Assembly: GCA_963808625.1 (NCBI GenBank)
Contig: CAWEHK010000018.1
Location: 140,640 to 204,639, forward strand
Reading direction: 5' to 3'
From: an uncultured delta proteobacterium
GTDB taxonomy: Bacteria > Desulfobacterota > Syntrophobacteria > Syntrophobacterales > Syntrophobacteraceae
DNA: 64,000 nt
Below the pieces are notes generated by a model, which saw only the letters and a program-made list of their open reading frames with translations, ran no database searches and was not told the origin of the DNA. Both the position numbers and the translations under genes were made by a program. Below, piece after piece: positions 60,949 through 64,000 of this stretch (position 1 is its first letter; every line of letters starts with the position of its first letter).

Positions 60949-62248
60949 ATGTCGGAAAGGCTTCGCGTAACCTCGGGTGTCAGTCAGTTGGACCGCATTC
61001 TCGGAGGGCTTTTTATCGGTGACAATGTCGTCTGGCTTGATGATTCGGGTAGTCTGGCAGCGGTTTTCTGCCTCAATTTTATCCAGGCTTCACAGCTTCA
61101 GGAAAAGCCGATTATCTACGTCACTTTTGACCGCTCCCCGAGGAATCTCCTGGAGAAGCTCGGCCCTCTGGCCGAAGATCCCTCACTGACCATCCTGGAC
61201 TGCTTCACCTGCGGCAAAGGGGCCAGTTCATCGATCTTCATGAAGTTCTACGATGAGCCTGATTTCGAATGGCCTTGCAGCATCGTCAAAGTAGACGAAC
61301 CCCGGAACCTGGAACAGGTCATGGATGCTCTCTATGGCATCCATGCAGCATTGAAGGGTGACGTCCGCCTGGTCTTCGAGAGCGTTACCGGGATGCAGGA
61401 AGTCTGGGGGGGGAGAAGATCAACTGCTCAACTTCTACTCCCATTCCTGCCCGAGGCTTTACGAACTGAACACGATCGCCTACTGGATCATGGAGAAGCG
61501 GGCCCACTCCCCGCGCCTGCGGGCAAATATCAGCCAGATCGCACAGGTCGTTATTTCTTTGGATATCAAGAGAGGGACTACCTCGCTGACCGTGACCAAA
61601 GCGGAAAAACGAGACCTTCAAAACTTTCACAAACCCCACAATTACTGGGTCAAAGACCTCACGATAACCTTTGACGAGGAAAAACGAACGACGGGAGGCG
61701 TCGATCTCGGGCTGCGCCTGAAAGAACTGCGCACGAAAAGAGGGCTCTCGCAGACAGAACTCGCCAAACTGGTCGGCGTCACGCCCAGCACCATTTCCCA
61801 GGTCGAAAGCAACCTCATCTACCCGTCGTTGCCCGCGCTGTTGAAGATGGCAGAGGTCCTCTCCATCGATGTGAGTTCCTTCTTTCAGGAGACGAGCGAC
61901 GCCAAGAAGCGGCTTGTCTTCCCCGGCGCCGAGGCGGCTGAGGTTCGAATCTCCGAGTTGCCGGAGGGAAGCATCTCGGCAAGACTGCTGACCCCGGTTG
62001 ATTTCGACCCCAAGGCCGAACCATACCTCATTGAAATACCTGCCAATAAGAGCATCTCATCGCATTTTTTCATCCACAAAGGAGAGGAGCTTGGCTACCT
62101 CCTGTCCGGCAAGCTCCATGTCAAACTGGAGAAAGCCGCTTACACCTTACGCTCGGGAGATGTCATCTATCTGACCTCCGAGATGCCCACCGAGTGGCGG
62201 AACCCGGGACCAAGCGCGGCCAAGTTGCTCTGGATTAAAATAAAGTAG
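60949..62248 (+). CDS. XRE-family regulator: RecA/KaiC-like N-domain + HTH + cupin; frameshift in G8 run at 61406-61413
   Basis: TSGVSQLDRILGG N-terminus; LSQTELAKLVGVTPSTISQVE; HKGEE...GD.IY. Confidence 0.85.
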
Positions 62249-62577
62249 TGGCTAGTGGTCAAGTAGCCGGGGGGCGAAGTGGCATCGGCTTCGCGCTGCT
62301 GTTTTCACGTTTTGGAGATAGGGCGACGGGAAGAAATTGAGAGGGTTTGGTAGAAGGAAGTTCGCGTTGTCGTCCCTTCGAGAGGGATGCATGCTGAAAA
62401 AGGAGGGTGGGCTTTCTAACCCACCACAAGAAGCTCCCCCTGCCGTCCCGCCGAGACGGGTGCATGCAGGGGGAGAGGATGGTGCCTATCAACAACTCGC
62501 TATGAGTTATATGGAAGAACCTCGCTTTTTACTATTAACCTAACAGCGGCCAGACACACCAGCCACTGGCAACTGAT

Positions 62578-63999
62578 TCAGCTGTTGAGGATCGCTTCCG
62601 CTTCTTCCCGATAGGCATCCATGACATAAGGAATGCCGGTTACCCTGGTGCATTCGTCGGTGAGCGACATCAGTTCCTTACGGCTGATGGTGTCGACGTT
62701 GAAGCACCTGGCGCCCGCCATCAACTGCTGTAAACCGACCTTGAGTTTGTCGCAGTAGCTGTAAAGGCCAATGGCCCCCAGCGGGATATTGTCAATCTCA
62801 CCGTCACCAACGATGTCTTTTACGGTTTCGTAGTTTAAGAAGATCTCCTCTTTCATGTTACCGTACTGGCTGACGGTCTTGGGCAGATCACTCTTTTCGA
62901 GCCATTCGCCGATATTTTTCCCTACCATTCCCGGAATCATCAGGGCACGGCCCATACAAACGGCTTTCACAAAGGGTGCACCAAGAGCCAATGCCTTGAA
63001 TACGCCATCCTCACTGGAAAACCCGCCGGCAAAAGCAATGTCGGGAGCTCGTTCACCCCTGGCGGCCAGCTTCTTGCAGAAGTCATAGGCTGCGGCATGC
63101 AGGTAAATGGAGGGGACCCCCCATTCGCTCATCATTCGCCAAGGACTCATTCCGGTACCGCCCGGGGCCCCATCGATGGTGAGCAGGTCGATCTTGGCCT
63201 TGGAACCCCATTTGATGGCCATGGCCAGTTCCCGCAAACCGTAGGCGCCTGTTTTCAGAGTGACCCGCTTGAAGCCCAACTTACGCAGGCGATCAACCTC
63301 AGCGTGAAAACCCTCTTCGCTGACAAACCCCAAGCGGCTGTGCCGCTCAAATTCCTTGATGGCCCGAAATTTATAAGCGGTCTGGACGACGGGGCTCGAA
63401 GGATCGGGAGTGACAATGTAGCCCCGGCGCTGCAGTTCGAGGGCGCGTTCCAACTTGCGCACTTTAATCTCGCCGCCGATACACTTGGCCCCCTGACCCC
63501 ATTTGAGCTCGATGCTGTCGAAGCCGTGTTTGTTGATAATGTATTCCGCAACGCCCAGCCGCGTGTCTTCGACGTTCATCTGCACAAGCATCTCGCCAAA
63601 GCCTTGATGATACCGCTTGTAGACGGAAATACGGCGATCCATTTCCGGGGAGTTGATGATCTTCTTCGCGCTGTTCAGTTCGAGTTCGGGATCAATGCCG
63701 CAGACATTCTCACCACACACCAGGGTGATCCCGCCCAGGGCCGCTCCCACCGCAAAGTGTTCCCAATTGTGCCGGGCAATTTCCGTGGACCCCAAAGCAC
63801 CGGTGAATACCGGCATGCGCATCTTCACCTTGGCGTCCCACCCGTATTCGGTTTCCGTGTTGACCGCAGGGAAAATGGCCGTATCGGGACCGGGTTCGAC
63901 CCCCGGAGGCAGACCCTGAGCACCCATGGCATATCCCTGGATATTGAGATGGGAATAGTCGATCGGATAGTCTTTATCCGCGCCCGCCGTGATTTGGCC
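62578..63999 (-). CDS. FMN-binding glutamate synthase family protein, 5'-partial
   Basis: IELKWGQGAK, IDGAPGGTG, AFAGG, KALALGA; the frame is open to the window edge. Confidence 0.88.
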   Translation of the reverse strand, partial: GQITAGADKDYPIDYSHLNIQGYAMGAQGLPPGVEPGPDTAIFPAVNTETEYGWDAKVKMRMPVFTGALGSTEIARHNWEHFAVGAALGGITLVCGENVCGIDPELELNSAKKIINSPEMDRRISVYKRYHQGFGEMLVQMNVEDTRLGVAEYIINKHGFDSIELKWGQGAKCIGGEIKVRKLERALELQRRGYIVTPDPSSPVVQTAYKFRAIKEFERHSRLGFVSEEGFHAEVDRLRKLGFKRVTLKTGAYGLRELAMAIKWGSKAKIDLLTIDGAPGGTGMSPWRMMSEWGVPSIYLHAAAYDFCKKLAARGERAPDIAFAGGFSSEDGVFKALALGAPFVKAVCMGRALMIPGMVGKNIGEWLEKSDLPKTVSQYGNMKEEIFLNYETVKDIVGDGEIDNIPLGAIGLYSYCDKLKVGLQQLMAGARCFNVDTISRKELMSLTDECTRVTGIPYVMDAYREEAEAILNS

Positions 64000-64000
64000 G

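Noticed and set aside
1..64000. CRISPR arrays, tRNA/rRNA, transposases, prophage or defence genes
   Set aside because: No regularly spaced repeats or recognisable motifs were seen by eye.

Overview
A GC-rich (roughly 55-60% by eye) bacterial chromosomal window. Its gene content suggests an anaerobic Desulfobacterota/Syntrophobacteraceae-like organism (inference). It is mostly metabolic and housekeeping DNA: nitronate monooxygenase-like gene, carbonic anhydrase, ALDH, cysK, DinG-family helicase, PBP1A, a TatT-type TRAP transporter with an acyl-CoA dehydrogenase, TPP riboswitch-thiC, a kinase/lipoprotein/sigma54-regulator trio, an hpnJKI hopanoid cluster with TolC/HpnM, ihfA, a divergent DnaA paralog, ddl, folE2/cooC, a thiolase-hbd-3x acyl-CoA dehydrogenase operon, tungsten-type AOR with a molybdopterin enzyme, sfsA, an XRE regulator and a partial glutamate-synthase-like gene. 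The standout is missing from the ORF track. At 13238-13552 a 104-codon SbtA-like ('selenobiotic') RiPP precursor has THREE in-frame TGA codons, each in an S-G-U-G motif and each followed by a SECIS-like hairpin at near-identical spacing. It lies directly upstream of an SbtM-like radical SAM/SPASM maturase. About ten frameshifts in nine otherwise intact genes suggest uncorrected assembly indels rather than real pseudogenes. No tRNA, rRNA, CRISPR array or transposase was recognised.
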